64,000 bases of DNA. Origin: Nitrospirales bacterium (lineage in GTDB: Bacteria > Nitrospirota > Nitrospiria > Nitrospirales > UBA8639). The notes beneath the pieces were generated by a model that ran no database searches, was not told the origin of the DNA, and saw only the letters and a program-made list of their open reading frames with translations. The DNA lies in assembly GCA_965203295.1 (NCBI GenBank), contig CBDBCZ010000015.1, forward strand, positions 480,001 through 544,000. Direction: 5' to 3'. A program made the translations under genes and the position numbers. Shown one piece after another: positions 1 to 13,547 of this stretch (position 1 is the first letter of the stretch; the number at the start of each line of letters is the position of its first letter).

Positions 1-3000
1 TGTTCAGTCCAGACTAACGTGAGTCTTAACAGTACGCTCAGCAGCAGAATCCAGTTTTGACAAATGACCAGCAATTGCTATTATTATTAGTAAACGCTAG
101 CAAGACGTCACCATGACGTAAACCCGGCGTGAACATTGGTCCGGCGCCCCTGTACAGTAACAGTAACGTGTAGTTGTTCACCCAAATATGTAGTCTACAT
201 CATAATCTTTGCCTTTGTAAAGTACACCCTACACTCATGCAGATTTGATTATAAATTATTTCATACAGAAAGTGAATAGTGCTGGTGTATGTAAGATGAT
301 CTTGCAAACCAAAACACATCAGACAGAAATCCATATGTTGGAAGGAAGGTATGTGTTTTAGGTACTTCTGATTCAGATGTTTGAACGTTTATAGTTTATC
401 TCTATGGTTTACTATGTTAAATCTGTAATGTAATAATGCTGGTCCACTCATAGATGGTATGAAAGTGCACCAGAACATCCCCCCCCCCCCCCCACAATCT
501 TTTTAAATGAAGGCCTGCCTGTTGATTAAAACTTCTAGGATACTTGCACAAAACAAACACATCATTTTGCATCGCACTACAACAGTTGACTTCTTGCAAT
601 ACTTCATGTCTGCTCCCATTCCAATATGCTGACTGTAACATCGATTAAGAACTCACGAGAGCATTGCAGTGATACATATGTAAGTACATAGCTATAGGTA
701 AACAATCATGTTTGTCATGAAGTTTCTTTAATTCCAAACTGCAGTTCAGCAAAAGTTCTTTAGTTGCAACTAAAAAACTACTGCTAAACATCGGGTTGGA
801 ATTGAAGAAACTTCGTGATGAATTCTACTAGCCAACCAAGAGAATCTCCTCAATAACCATGTTCGTCTTACCTTAACCAGAAGGGGGGTCGTGTATCTCT
901 AGGCGACAATTTCTTTTGGGGAGGGGGGGGGGGGAATTTTTTGTGAGATATACGCATACAACGTATTAACACAATAATTACACCGCTCAACTGTGTACAG
1001 ATTGAAACTAGTTTGCACTACATATTATTAAAAGTGCAATAGCAGTGGTATTTGAGGCACACATAGCCTCTGAAATTACTACTTTCACTTGAAGTTTAAT
1101 TGGCTGTCTAAGGGAGAAGTATATTGATGTAACCTACGTAGCTGCAAATAAAGCCTAGTTGTCCTTATGGTGGTATTTCATTGACCTTCAAATCTGCTTG
1201 ATTCTCCTCATGAATATTCAATGAGATAATATCACTCATGTGGTGCTAATTAATTCCCTGATATGTTTACGTTTTCCCATTGGCAGGGGTGTGTCACTTT
1301 GATGTGGATAGCGGCTCTTTCATGTGCGATATCAGCACACTGATGTGGTTGAGCAGTTTTTGATGTAGGCTTTAACTTTTTTTAAATATGACCTCAGTGG
1401 CAAGTATGGCTGAATACGTAGCTAGCTAGTGTGTTGTACAAAGTTTGCTAGGCGGCTTGAGTGACAGTTGCTTACAGGCCGTTGCCCATCTTAGGTAGGC
1501 GGCAGGAGCAGACAGGAGTGACCTTTTTGGCCCATAGGCTCCGCCCATTTTCGTAGCTAGCTGGCTGTGTGAAAACCTATGGAGTTTTATAGGGAGTGCT
1601 TTGGTGGGTGCCTTAGGTGGTTCTCAGTAACCGAGGGGTGAGTAGAAAGTCACTAACATGGATTGTTGTGAGTAGGTTGAAGTTTGTAAGACAGAGTTCG
1701 ATTTTTCGGGCGAAAGTGGAAGGGCAGATATTTTTTTTGAAAGGCAGGATAGCAGAAATGAGTGTTTTGGGGTGGTCGGATGCATTCTGGGCTGTAAAAC
1801 TGGGTTCGAAGCATTCCTGTGAAAAAGCCAACAGAAGTTGTCAGCCTGTCCTCTGTATGTACTGGTGATGCTGTCAGATTGTGGGTGGGGCTCTAGCAGA
1901 TCCCATAATTTTTAATTTTAGTAAACAACCTAAAATTGTGTTTTTATGGATTATTTAGCAGAGGGTGTGGTTATATTATATTATGTACTTTTCGTCAATT
2001 TGGTGTAGACTTTCATGTTGTCAACAAACCATCCATTTGATTCGAAGACCAGCGAAGTACCTTGAGGGTACATTTGTGTGCCTATATAATATTTAATAGA
2101 AAAAGCATGATTGTACTTTATCTGATTAATCACATATATATTCACATTGAACTATAGGATATTGGACGAGGCTGTGCTGAATTTGGTGAGTCCAAAGGGC
2201 AAGCCAAATACAAGCAACATGAGTCCAACATGCATTGATATTGGATTGCTACCCAATCAATGAGAAATTTATTGTACGTATATCGTACACACCACCTATG
2301 ATTCTATTGTTTGTTCACCAAGCCATCCAATATCACTGGATATTGTACAGTTTGCCATATGGGAAATACTACAGATAGTGGTACTATGAGTGTACAATAT
2401 ATAAGTCATAGTATCATGGAGTACGGTAGTACTCCATATTTAGGGTGGCCCCGGGGGAAAAATGACATGTTCATAACTCTGATGTAGGCGTTGTTTATGG
2501 CTAATATGAGCCCTACAAGTCAGGCTAGCACAGTAATGGCTGAAGCAATCTCAGGCGTGAACAAGCTGGGTATTCTAGGAATAAGTTCAGCAGTGATCAC
2601 GAGCACTCCCGAGTGGACATGACTCGATTCAGCCCACAAAAGCACGATATACAGAAATCTTTATGCATAATATTTCTAAAATAAATACAACATTCAATTG
2701 AGTCCGTGTAAATCAAGTAACTTGATACGGTCCAATCTCGACTCCAGTGACAGCTCCTCTCTATGTTGGTCTAGGATCTCAGATTTAACCTCGGATGATT
2801 TCACACTTATCTTTGATTGTGCAGGCTGCTCTGGCCTGAGCTGCTAAATTGCATCTCCTGGTTCATCACTGCATGTGTTTCACCAAACTGTAGCTATAAA
2901 AATGAATACATGACTGATTATATTTTGGTTGGCACAAGTCCAAACGGCTTCTAATCAGAGGTGCTGTTGAAGAATATCATTCTTGTGTAGCCAGACTCTC

Positions 3001-4548
3001 ACAGATATCACAAGGAAAAGACTCATCCCAGTCACTCATCTGTAAGTACCCTGCATATGTCCTAATGAGATGAATAATACTGGAGAGGGCAGGCAGCTAC
3101 ATGTACACCATATGACATCAAATCTACATAACTCTCCATACCCTAACTTTCCCCCAAGAAAACACCCAAAACAAGTTATATGAATAGCTCTTTACCAAAA
3201 GGTGCATCATGTAGGGATGCACTTCCACAAAAACAAAGGAAACCAGCAACAACTCTCACCACAATGCGTTCATAGACTACCTACACATCACAGCCCAATG
3301 CAGTACAGAGTAGCTACTAATCACAGCACAGTGTATTTTCAGGGACCATCCTCTCTACGTCTCCAATTACCCAGGATTGTCTCCGTAAACGCATTGCATA
3401 GTACATGTAATTTGTAGCTACTCTGTAATGCATTGTGGCGTGTTGTGTACATACAGGTACATCCGTGAACGCACTGCAGTGAGAGTTGTTACAGTAGCAT
3501 TTTTAGCTTTTTGGGGGGGGGGGAGGCATCTCTATGTGAATCGTTTTGCGGTTACTATGTACATGCACAACTGTTTTCTAGATATGGAAATCTTCATCTC
3601 TCAGGTATGGGACAGATGATAGTCACTACATTCTAGACTTTGACATGGCCATTCTGGGACAAGAGAAAGGCAGTTAAGTCTTGTTAATACAAATTGAATC
3701 TTACATGCTAAATTCCCTATGTACGTAGTTCTACAAAGGTACCCATTTTTGTGCTGAACATTGGCTGTGTTAGACCATACTCCATTGTAGTGTTGGTACA
3801 TGTTACATAGAAACAGATTTTTCTGAGCTTTATATCTCGCTGAACATAGACACACAAGCCATAATATTTAGGCCATGTCCTCTACCCCACCCACGTACCA
3901 CGTAGGTTTGATCATGGCTGGCATGCTGTATTTGCCCTTCGGGCTCATAGAGCTTGCCACCCATGATCAAACCTATACTTATTACAAAGTACATAATGTT
4001 ATAATAGTCAGTATGGTTAATTGCACTATAACTGTAGTATTGTACACACATGTTGCTAATATCTCCAACTCAGTTTACCAGAAGTATTCTGAAGACATTA
4101 GAAGGGAATATAGTCACATTCCTTTAACGGAATACTACCAGCGTCGAATCCATGTGAGTAGTAACTGTGTACGTATGTGTACCGCATAATTGCTATGCCA
4201 GTTGCAGTTGCTAATTAGCCACTATGAGCACTGAAAACTATTTACTTGATCAGCATTGAATGAAACTGTTCACTCTCAGCTGTATCAAGTAGTACGTGTA
4301 CGTTTGTGTGGTTGACTGCACGGTTCATGTGGTGGAGCATTTGTAGGTTCTATGAATATTGTTTGGCTAGTACATGTGTATCTTATTGCGGAATTGAGGA
4401 TATACTTCTCCCTGGAGTATATATGTTATGCGCATAACTATGGGTGGGTGGAGTCTATCTGAATTTTATACTGCTTTCATTGGCCAATGCCAAACAACAG
4501 TGGTATACATGTAGCCTACATAGCAACAGTTTCTGCATAGAGTGATCA

Positions 4549-4621
4549 TAGCCTCGTTCCCAGGCTCTTCTGCCCAGCTTTTGCGAAAAAAGCTGGGCAG
4601 AAGAGCCTGGGAATGAGGCTA
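4549..4621. mobile_element. 73-bp hairpin MITE, TAG..CTA termini, 9-bp TSD (AcademH-like non-autonomous)
   Basis: tagcctcgttcccaggctc...gagcctgggaatgaggcta; flanks gagtgatca / gggtgatca. Confidence 0.8.
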
Positions 4622-6774
4622 GGGTGATCACTGAACATTGTTGGATATTTCACCCAATTTCTATGGGATATTTCATAGAGAATATGAAGTGTGAATAAGA
4701 ATTGTGAGCGTATTGGAGAGTCAGAGTGTCAAAAGAAATAGTGCACATTTAAGTATCCACATCTCTCATACACTCCCAAAACGAGATTTTATGAACATTA
4801 TTTCTTGAGGTGTATACCTACAGTTTGGCTATTATGGTTATTCAATCACGTTTTACACCCTCTGCTTGGTAATTGTTTTTTAATGTATGCCTCTGATCAT
4901 GATCATCTAGAGACAGACATACATAATCTGGAAGCCAAAAGTGTTGTTGTATTTACCCTTGAGACATTGCACAAGGATGGATTCCTGAGATTACAAGTAT
5001 TGATGCAGTAAACACTAATGTAAAACCTGATCCACCTGGGTCTACTGATCTCATGATCATCCCAGTTGTAGATTCCACTTGTTGAATGCTTTCTAAAATC
5101 GGAAACACAGTTGCAGCATGTACGTACATGTGAAGTACGGTAGTTTCCAGTTGGAAGAGAAGCAAGATCAGGATCATTGGCAAGCTTTACTTTACAACCT
5201 TAATTAAAGTATAAGAATCGATCTGTTACACAAATATGTATGAGTGAGGCATATTTCCTGCACAAGTAACACAGTACCAAATGTGCACATTAGCTTTCCT
5301 CAGCATTGCACTTGTACTGCATACAAGGTTGGTTCAGGACATCACTAGCATGTACATTGTACATGTAGGATATATGCATGGTTTTCTGAAAAGCAACTGA
5401 CTTCACATCTAGTGTACCACTGCTTATTCACATGAATGAATTCAGTGAGTACGTATGTATTTCCGGAGTTCTGTCAACCGACATCCCATCAACACAGTTT
5501 ACAAAAAGCTTGGACAAACTTACCGCTTCCCGGACAGCAACTGTACAGTCCGGTGTTGGAGAAAGGTTGGACACCCTGGATAATCAAAACCCCCCGGTCC
5601 AATTATCTTAGAAAAAATGTCCTGGGTGTCCAACAGTCCAAACGAATGTTTGGCCTCCCCTATGGAAAATGGACCCCCACTTACAAGCTCAAAAATACGT
5701 GTGTGGTTTGAAGTGACAAAGTGGCATTCTCTTGATTCGCTCTCGATAGTGTGCTCATCAATGAAGGATTTTCAAGAATATTGTTGCTATACTCCTGGAC
5801 GCTCAGAAAATTAGGATGTGAAACTGAGGTGATGAGACCACTCGCTTTTTGTGTGGTCCGGCAATGAGACTTTTTTTCCATGTATTGTACACGAGGTTGA
5901 GTGACTTTGGATCCAGTAGTGTAAAGGTCTAAAATATATTAGTGTATCTACGCATGCTTGACCAGATTCACCCCTCTTTTGATATGCAAGCACTCCACAC
6001 AGTTTCTCTGCTCAGGGACTCCAGTCACTCTGCTAGCTCATGCAGTCAGTCATAAAGTATTCTCACATACCCAGTCGTCAGGCCACTTGTCAGATTACGG
6101 AGAATTTAATGCAACCGGAAATGTTTACGTAAGGCGTGGTAGTACCAGTGCAATCAACTTCCTTTGACACCCGGTTAGTTTGGCAAGGCTAGCTTCGCGA
6201 GGCAGGCAGCTAGAATCGCCGGACTTGCGAGCGATCTTGTAGGAACAGGAGTATAGCTTCGACCCTGCAAGCGCCATCTTCCAACTCCTTACCGTTTGTC
6301 GGAGAGCGTCGGGTAAGTCCATGCGGGTCAGGCGGGGCGTCTCCAGACAGGGTCACGAACTTTTGTGGCACGTTTTTTTTCCCCCCACCGGACGATTACG
6401 ATCTATATATCGTTCGAAAGCCCGTGAAATTCTCTACAAAATATGTGCAAATCGCGGTGGTATGTCGTCCAGTTTTTGCAAAACTGCGCCTATTAGACGG
6501 ACAAAAAATTGATGATTACGCGCAATGGAAATATCAAACGGATACCGTTCTGAGCGCATAAATCGGTGGAGAAACTCGGATTCCCTCGTTACAGCAGTGC
6601 TAAGAACCATGGTAAGTTAGATCTCTCTATGATGGATGTGGTTTGCAACAATAAAAAAAAACAAGCATACAGTGCACCTTCTTGGTCTAGCCTGGAGTTA
6701 TAGCATACACATGCTACGAGAATGGACCTATTCCAGCTAGTGCAGGCCACACCACGTGCAGGTGAGCTAGGTGC

Positions 6775-7127
6775 GTAATGGTCCAGGCATGGTATGTGTG
6801 TGTGCATTGTGTAGATGTGTGCATGTGTAGGGCTAAAATTGGCGTGGCATGACGTGTGTGCAGAATGTAGGTGTGTGCAAAGTACTCAAAAGACAAATCT
6901 GTTCAGTGCACAAACAGAAATCAGTGTGAGTCAGTCAACTCGCCAACTCGTGAGTAATGGTCCAGGCATGGTATGTGTGTGTGTGCATTGTGTAGGTGTG
7001 TGCATGTGCAGGGCTAAAGTTGGCATGGCATGACGTGTGTGCAGAATGTAGGTGTGTGTGAAGTACTTAAAAGACAAATCTGTTCAGTGCACAGACAGAA
7101 ATCAGTGTGAGTCGGTCAACTCGTCAA
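6775..7127 (+). repeat. Tandem duplication of ~179 bp (2 copies) inside the Academ-type element
   Basis: gtaatggtccaggcatggtatg...cagtcaactcg at ~6775 and again at ~6954. Confidence 0.85.
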
Positions 7128-7149
7128 CATCTGCCTCCCACTCCATGAG

Positions 7150-8050
7150 CTCCTGCTCATGTTCACACTAATCATCTTTCTCGTCTGAGGGCATCTCGTC
7201 TGGTACATCTCCATCTTCATCGTCAGTGAGCTCTTCCCCGCACCTAAGCCTGCGCTGGCCATTACACAGCAGTTCCTCCTCCTCTACCTGCATTACTTCA
7301 TTCTGAATTTCTGAGTACAGGGGTCAGTACCAGAGGGCAAATTTTGGCAAATTTTATAGTTGCAACTTGGGCCACACTGTAGCTACACCCTTCTTAACAC
7401 ACCCGCACAGTTTGGTTGTACAGCCCTTGGTGCACTTACATCCTCTGATGAATAGGTCAACCAGATTTCTGACTCTCTGAATGTTCTCAGAAGAATCCCA
7501 GTCACATTGTATTCTCCCATCCTCCACCATCCATCCAAATTGGGTGATGTTAGGTGGGGATAGTGCATTACATGTAGCCTGGCTCCATACAGAGGATACC
7601 CAGCATGTTCGCTGCCAGTGACGCCACAGAGCGTCCACTGATGGTGGGAGCTCATCCTCAAACTCTATCCTATCTATGAATTGCATCTATAGTGATGCAA
7701 AGCTACAAGTACTGGTGGACACAGAAGTGCACCCAGGTATGCAACAGGTAGCCTTATTCTTTGCCTTGTTCATTTTAACCCATCTGGGAATGTATGTTCC
7801 CATGTACTTTCCCTTCTGGCCATTCTTTAGGCTTAACTCAAATGCTCTGCAAACACAGGCATTGGTACCAGGAGGAATGCTGGAATACTGGAGGAGGAAC
7901 TGCTGCAACTAACTCTTCCAGCTCTCAGTATGGCTATGGCGGTGAATAAGCTTCTCCTTGTACAAGAAACAGCGTTCTGTGCACTTTGAAGATAGAGAAT
8001 TGCCTTCACAACTCATATTTGAGCTACCACGTGGAGTGCTTTTTTTGCTC
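7150..8050 (-). pseudogene. Truncated Academ-like transposase remnant (N-terminal fragment joined to the LPP..AL..H..R..W..GW motif, a CXC/Cys8 finger and an acidic tail)
   Basis: ORF 7354..7686: LPPSVDALWRHWQRTCWVSSVW...FGWMVEDG...GCKCTKGCTTKLCGCVKKG; stops and frameshifts; catalytic core absent. Confidence 0.7.
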
Positions 8051-10240
8051 TGTATTGCAAGCTGAATTTTGCCAAAACTAGACAACCTACCACCGCGATT
8101 TACACATATTTTGTAGAGAATTTCACGGGCTTTCGAACGATATATAGATCGTAATCGTCCGGTGGGGGGAAAAATAACGTGCCACAAAAGTTCGTGACCC
8201 TGTCTGGAGACGCCCCGCCCGACCCACATGGACTTACCCGACGCTCTCCGACAAACGGTAAGGAGTTGGAAGATGGCGCTTGCAGGGTCGAAGCTATACT
8301 CCTGTTCCTACAAGATCGCTCGCAAGTCCGGCGATTCTAGCTGCCTGCCTCGCGAAGCTAGCCTTGCCAAACTAACCGGATGTCAGAGGAAGTTGATTAC
8401 ACAGTACTACCACGCCTCACGTAACCATTTTCCGTTTTCATTAAATTCTCCGTAATCTGACAAGTGGCCTGACGACTGTACCAGTAATGGTATTGTCACG
8501 TTAGGGCCGAATCAGTCGTATGAATGCGAGTATGGATGGCAAGCAGGTTGCAGCAAAACTAGCATGCACAGTCTTGACTGTCATGGATCAGAAATATTCT
8601 CTGTTATGGCAAGAAGTGAGCTGTTTTTTATACACAACGGAAAAGTGAGACATGGAGACAGACAGACTGAGAGAGTAGACAAATAAAAACAGACTGGGGC
8701 AAAAAGAGCACAATGACAGAACAGAACATAATATGAGGATAGAATGAAGTCGAGCCTATAGCAGAATCTAACAAATGCAACTAAATTGACTTCTTCTGTC
8801 ACAGTATATTCTCTCAGAAGACTAACTTGTGGCTACAACCAATGGACTATTTCCCAGCAGGTTGAAGAATTCTCAATGGGGGTCCGTTCCTCCAAGGTGG
8901 AGTCTATTCAGTAGACAGACTTCTGTGTTCCATTCATCCTATAGGAAATTTGGACTGGGAGTCCAACTAATCGAAAGATAAATGCACTCAGGGGTCTATT
9001 TTTGGTGTGGTTCAACCATCCTGCGATACCGACCTTCTCAAGAAACCACTGAGATGCTGCCTACTGGGAATTTGCACCTGATGATTGTTTTCCCTGTGGC
9101 TAAAAGTGGGCCTGGGTGGGGCTATGAGAGGTATATACATGTATGTAGATCTAGTACACCCGTTGTCAGTGAAAACTAGTTTACATGTACTCATATGTGT
9201 GATAGTTTCGTTCCCAGCCCCTGATCAAAGCTAAGTAGGTAGGCGACTGTTAGCGTTCATTGTGAGCTGGGGCTAAATAAGTAAGCGATCTGTAGCCTTG
9301 ATTATGCATGATGTAACACACTACATACCCGGAGTTGCTAGTAGTTTGTATTTGTGGTGCAATCAATTGTGGATTTTCGATTAGGTCTTGCCCAATTATG
9401 CCTTATTAGGTAGCAAATAGCATCAGGAAACATGCTAGCATAATAGGCATAGTATTGGGCATAATTTACACAGCTACTCATTTTAACAACATTCATATAG
9501 TCAATTCTTTTTCTGCAACCGCCTTCCGGTGTAGCGGAATGAGTTTTCTCATTATTGAAAAACTTTAATGAAGAGCAGTGTAGTAGTTTAGAGGTGAAGT
9601 GTGAATCATGTTACAGTACAACCACTAAACAACAGTACAATTGCTCAGAGTGAAAGTAATACACTCATGTCACTGCCGTGGAGTAGCAGTTACAAAATTT
9701 TTCAAAGTAGGGTCGACCCTCACATGACTGCATTTACAACTTTACCAAAGTGCAAATAACCGTTCATGTAGGCATGTACTTCCACAAAAACAAAGGAAAC
9801 TGAAAGTCTCCAGCAGAGACATACCCCGCCCTCCTGGACTCTGCAGTTTGGAAACAGCATGTAGACCCGTATACCGTGCTCGTGTAACACCATATATACA
9901 AGCTGTAGGTATGACTGATCGCCGTAGTAATGACACGGGCACTGCTCTACGTATACTCCAGTATAAACACATATTTAATGAAAGGCGCTAAAGCGCAAAC
10001 CCTCGGCGGAGTGGCTGCGGTGTTTGTATGCATACAGGCATATAGTAGCATCACGTAGCGCTATATTTTTGAGGTGCAAATGTTAGCTTTGATATCCCCA
10101 AGTGTGGTGCAATACGTGCAAAAATTCAGATTTTGTGTCTGTAAGTCTGTTCACGTTTCAGAGGCCCTTGTGCAAGCCATATGTGCTCTATTCTGTTCTT
10201 GTCTCTGTAAAGTCTGCTCACAAGTTTCAGAGGCGCTCAC

Positions 10241-10312
10241 ACTAGGGATTGAACCCAGGACCTTCTGAATACTAGTCAGATATATACTCCTACCAATGAA
10301 CTACCAGAGCCC
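10241..10312 (-). pseudogene. tRNA-Thr(AGT)-derived fragment (pseudo-tRNA or SINE head) within family A copy 1
   Basis: A box TAGTTCATTGG; anticodon arm TCTGA-CTAGTAT-TCAGA; B box GGTTCAATCCC; 3' acceptor strand missing. Confidence 0.7.
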
Positions 10313-10591
10313 TCTTGGCAAAGGAACAGTAGGCAAGCGTTATATAGCCACTAAACCAGCTAGTAGCACTTGCCAGTAGGACTCAGCCAATTCCAACTGT
10401 AATTACTCTCATTAGGCCATCCCCCCCCCCCCCCCCCCCCCATCTCCTAAGGCCACTGCAAATTAATTATTAGTTTCCCGTTGCATGCCTAGGAATATGA
10501 CCAGGCGGGCGGGCGGGTTATTATCTATTATCTTATTATTATATTATTACTTTTCCCAGGAAACAAGACAGGAAGGGAGCGAAGAGCAGAG

Positions 10592-11317
10592 TTAAAAAAA
10601 AGTCGTGCATACAATTAATAACAACAAAATATTAAATTTCGTTTCACTGGCTCCTTGTCCTGACAATCCTTGCATTGCACACACAAAATTAGGCCCAAGT
10701 TTAACTTCAGACTGAAATGTGGAAAGTGCAGCTTCCAGTGTCACACTATGCTCTCTCGTGCTAGCCATGCACTTTCTATTCCGCTCTTGTCTCTGCAAAG
10801 TCTGTTCACATGTTTCAGAGGCTCTCACACTAGCCATACGTGTTCTATTCTGCTCTTGTCTCTGCAAAGTCTGTTCACATGTTTCAGAGGCTCTCACACT
10901 AGCCATACATGTTCTATTCTGCTCTTGTCTCTGTAAAGTCTGTTCACATGTTTCAGAGGCTCTCACACTAGCCATGCACTTTCTATTCCGCTCTTGTCTC
11001 TGTAAAGTCTGCTCACAAGTTTCAGAGGCTCTCACACTAGCCATACGTGTTCTATTCTGCTCTTGTCTCTGTAATGTCTGTTGATCTGTCTCAGTGGATC
11101 TTCCTCTCGCTTTTCGGACTCTATCGGTCTTCCTTTTCTTTTCAGGCTCACTACACACACAGCATCGTGCCTTTCTTTTCAAAGTGAAAGCATGGCCACA
11201 ACCACACATAGCTCGCTTCACATGCACTGTTGCATCACACATAGGACAAGTCTTTCTGAGGCACTTACGACTCCCAGACTCCATTGTCACCAACCACACG
11301 CAGTGGATGCACTCCAA
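10592..11317 (-). pseudogene. Truncated Rep/Hel-like N-terminus with a Cys cluster and 20-aa tandem repeats (ETCEQTLQRQEQNRTRMASVRAS)
   Basis: 60-bp tandem array followed by FQSEVKLGPNFVC; a ~43-nt deletion relative to copy 2 causes a frameshift. Confidence 0.7.
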
Positions 11318-11705
11318 AGTAGCTTCGTTAGACGTAGCTGATCACTTTTTTTTACACAACCGCAAGTCAACGTGCGCCAGAGAACACGAGGCCGATTTGC
11401 ATACGCGGACGTAAGCAAGTGTAACAAAGAGTATACGAGCCTCGCAATAAAATGGCGGATCCTGCGAAGCGACTAAAGGCGCCGTAACTTTCGATCTAGA
11501 CAGTTTCCAGAAAAATCGCATTTTATTTTTGATGCTATTTTGACGCTTGACGCGATGGTGTCTTTTATTTTCCCGTTAGTTCAGCGTAGATCTCAAATAG
11601 TCGTGGACACACACACACACACAAACCAAGTACCGTAACCCTCCGGCGCACGCGCGCCGAGGGTTAATAAGAGACCGTATATGCCCGGCCTCTGTTGACA
11701 TGTCG

Positions 11706-11736
<31 letters not shown>

Positions 11737-11747
11737 GTCTTGACTGG

Positions 11748-11787
11748 TAGTCTCGTGCCCAGCAATTTCCGTCAGGGCACGAGACTA
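11748..11787. mobile_element. 40-bp TAG..CTA hairpin MITE with a perfect 9-bp TSD
   Basis: cttgactgg | tagtctcgtgccc...gggcacgagacta | cttgactgg. Confidence 0.85.
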
Positions 11788-12750
11788 CTTGACTGGTGAC
11801 CTTACCAATGTTGAATAAGAAAGAGCTGGACATACAGACAAGAATCAATTTGGTCACTATCAGGTACACACGTCGATTTTTGGGGGATTTCAATCGTTCC
11901 CTCCTGCTTTGCGATTGTTAAGCTTATAGCCTCTAAATCTAAATCGCCCGTTTGAAAGATTTTTCAAACTTTTTATGACAGACGGAAAAACCGATTGCTT
12001 TAAACCCCGCTCACGCATACGCGGCGCGGGGTAACAAGCAATGCGTTCACAGACTACCAGCTCAATGCATTACAGAGTAGCTACAAATCACAGTGCGTTT
12101 ATGGAGACCATCCTAGGTAATTGGAGATATGGGCAGGAATGTCTCCATAAATTTACTGTGCTGTGATTTGTAGCTACTCTGTAATGCATTAATTGAGCTG
12201 TGATGTGTGGGTAGTCTGAACGCATTGCGGCGTGAGTTTTAGCTGGTTTCCTTTGTTCCTTCATGTGATAGACATTTAAAAAATTTCAATACAGGTACTA
12301 CGTGGTTTCCTGCAAACTCCCAAGATCTACTGCACTGCTATGTTCTACCAGAAGTGGGAGGACCAGGCAAGAATAAACATCATGCAGGAGATGGACATTC
12401 TGAAACATTCCCTTGAAACTGAGAGTGCCTAACAGTACAGCCTATATCGGGCTTATATCACAAGCCGCCAATCCTTGTTTTTGTTTTTCATATTATTACC
12501 ATGATATTGTGTAATATGTCAACACACATCAAAACTCAGTGGCAAACATAAAACAAAATATAGTAGTATAAAGACCTTTATACTCAGCAATGAATTTGAA
12601 AACATGGAAAATAGGACCTTTATACTGAAGCAATGAATAATTGCTCCAAGTAATGTATTGTGATATATGTGGTAATGATGAATATTCCATATTGAATGCC
12701 TACATTGTAGTGCATTAGGGTACAGGTGCCATTTGGGTAGGAGACATTTA

Positions 12751-12789
12751 TAGCCTCATGCCCAGGCTCTTCACCTGGGCACGAGGCTA
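12751..12789. mobile_element. 39-bp TAG..CTA hairpin MITE with a perfect 9-bp TSD
   Basis: agacattta | tagcctcatgcccagg...cctgggcacgaggcta | agacattta. Confidence 0.85.
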
Positions 12790-13160
12790 AGACATTTATT
12801 ATTCAGATACCAATATTTACAATATAGACATTTAACTTGGGTATTAACATGTTCAGATATAGACATTAATTTCATTCAAATAGACATTAACTAAAATTAG
12901 TAACTTCTGATATGGAAATTCTGATGTACATAATCAGTTACACATAAATTTTGTGTACAATTAAACTCGTTTACTTTAAAATTTGACTGCTTATAGCATA
13001 CAGGGATATAGAAACCGTGTTTTAATCATATCTATGCATGCATACACTAGTTTTAGTACATGTAGATGTTACTATAGTAACAAGTGTATGGAATAATTTT
13101 CGTAGAGTATATAAGAATCCCATAGAGCATAAGAAGCTAAAGATGTGCATTTTCTAAATG

Positions 13161-13245
13161 GCTTAGAGCATGGGTAGCTCTATGTTCTAACTAGACCTCG
13201 GCTTCGCCTCGGCCTAGTTAGAACATAGCTGCCCATGCTCTAAGC
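13161..13245 (-). repeat. Palindrome with a CCGAGGCGAAGCCGAGG apex (minus strand)
   Basis: Arms gcttagagcatggg..ttctaactag / ctagttagaacatag..cccatgctctaagc; core at 13196-13212. Confidence 0.85.
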
Positions 13246-13547
13246 TATACTTACGTAGATCACTCATGAATAATCAATAAGCATAGAAGCTTTGAAGTCC
13301 TTGGTTAGACACTGGGTGTTCGTAATAGTTATATCCCTGCAAAATGGTGTGTATCAGCCATACACACCTTTTGCAGGGATATAACTATTATATATCCTGT
13401 TACCATGGCAATATGTTAGACAGCTAAAAGCAGTACTTTACCTTGCACATATTGTGTTGGCTTCTGCAATGCAATTATGCCTGTACTATCACAATCATCA
13501 TGGTGTGTGTGTGTATCAGGAATATTCCACAGCTATTACCAAAAAGC

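Larger units (their letters stand above)
6072..8478 (-). mobile_element. Internally deleted Academ-type DNA transposon with ~410-bp TIRs and a 4-bp TSD (TACC)
   Basis: TIRs 6072-~6483 and ~8067-8478 (CAGTCGTCAGGCCACTTG...CAAGTGGCCTGACGACTG); TACC at 6068-6071 and 8479-8482; CA..TG termini; internal Cys-rich ORF remnant. Confidence 0.8.
9977..11668 (-). mobile_element. Non-autonomous Helentron (Helitron2)-like element, family A, copy 1
   Basis: 5' hairpin ttaaccctcggcgcg..cgccggagggtta followed by (GT)n; 3' ccgagggtt subTIR plus gcgctttagcgc hairpin; no TSD; near-identical to 44452-46382. Confidence 0.8.

Noticed and set aside
6125..8455. Duplicated ORFs MDLPDALRQ... and M..GVSRQGHELL...
   Set aside because: They lie inside the TIRs and show no protein motif.
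10241..10312. Functional tRNA-Thr gene
   Set aside because: The 3' acceptor strand is missing, the D-arm region is distorted, and it sits inside a mobile element.
10670..11414. Plus-strand ORFs over the Helentron array (also 45051-46110)
   Set aside because: These are antisense shadows of the repetitive minus-strand ORF.
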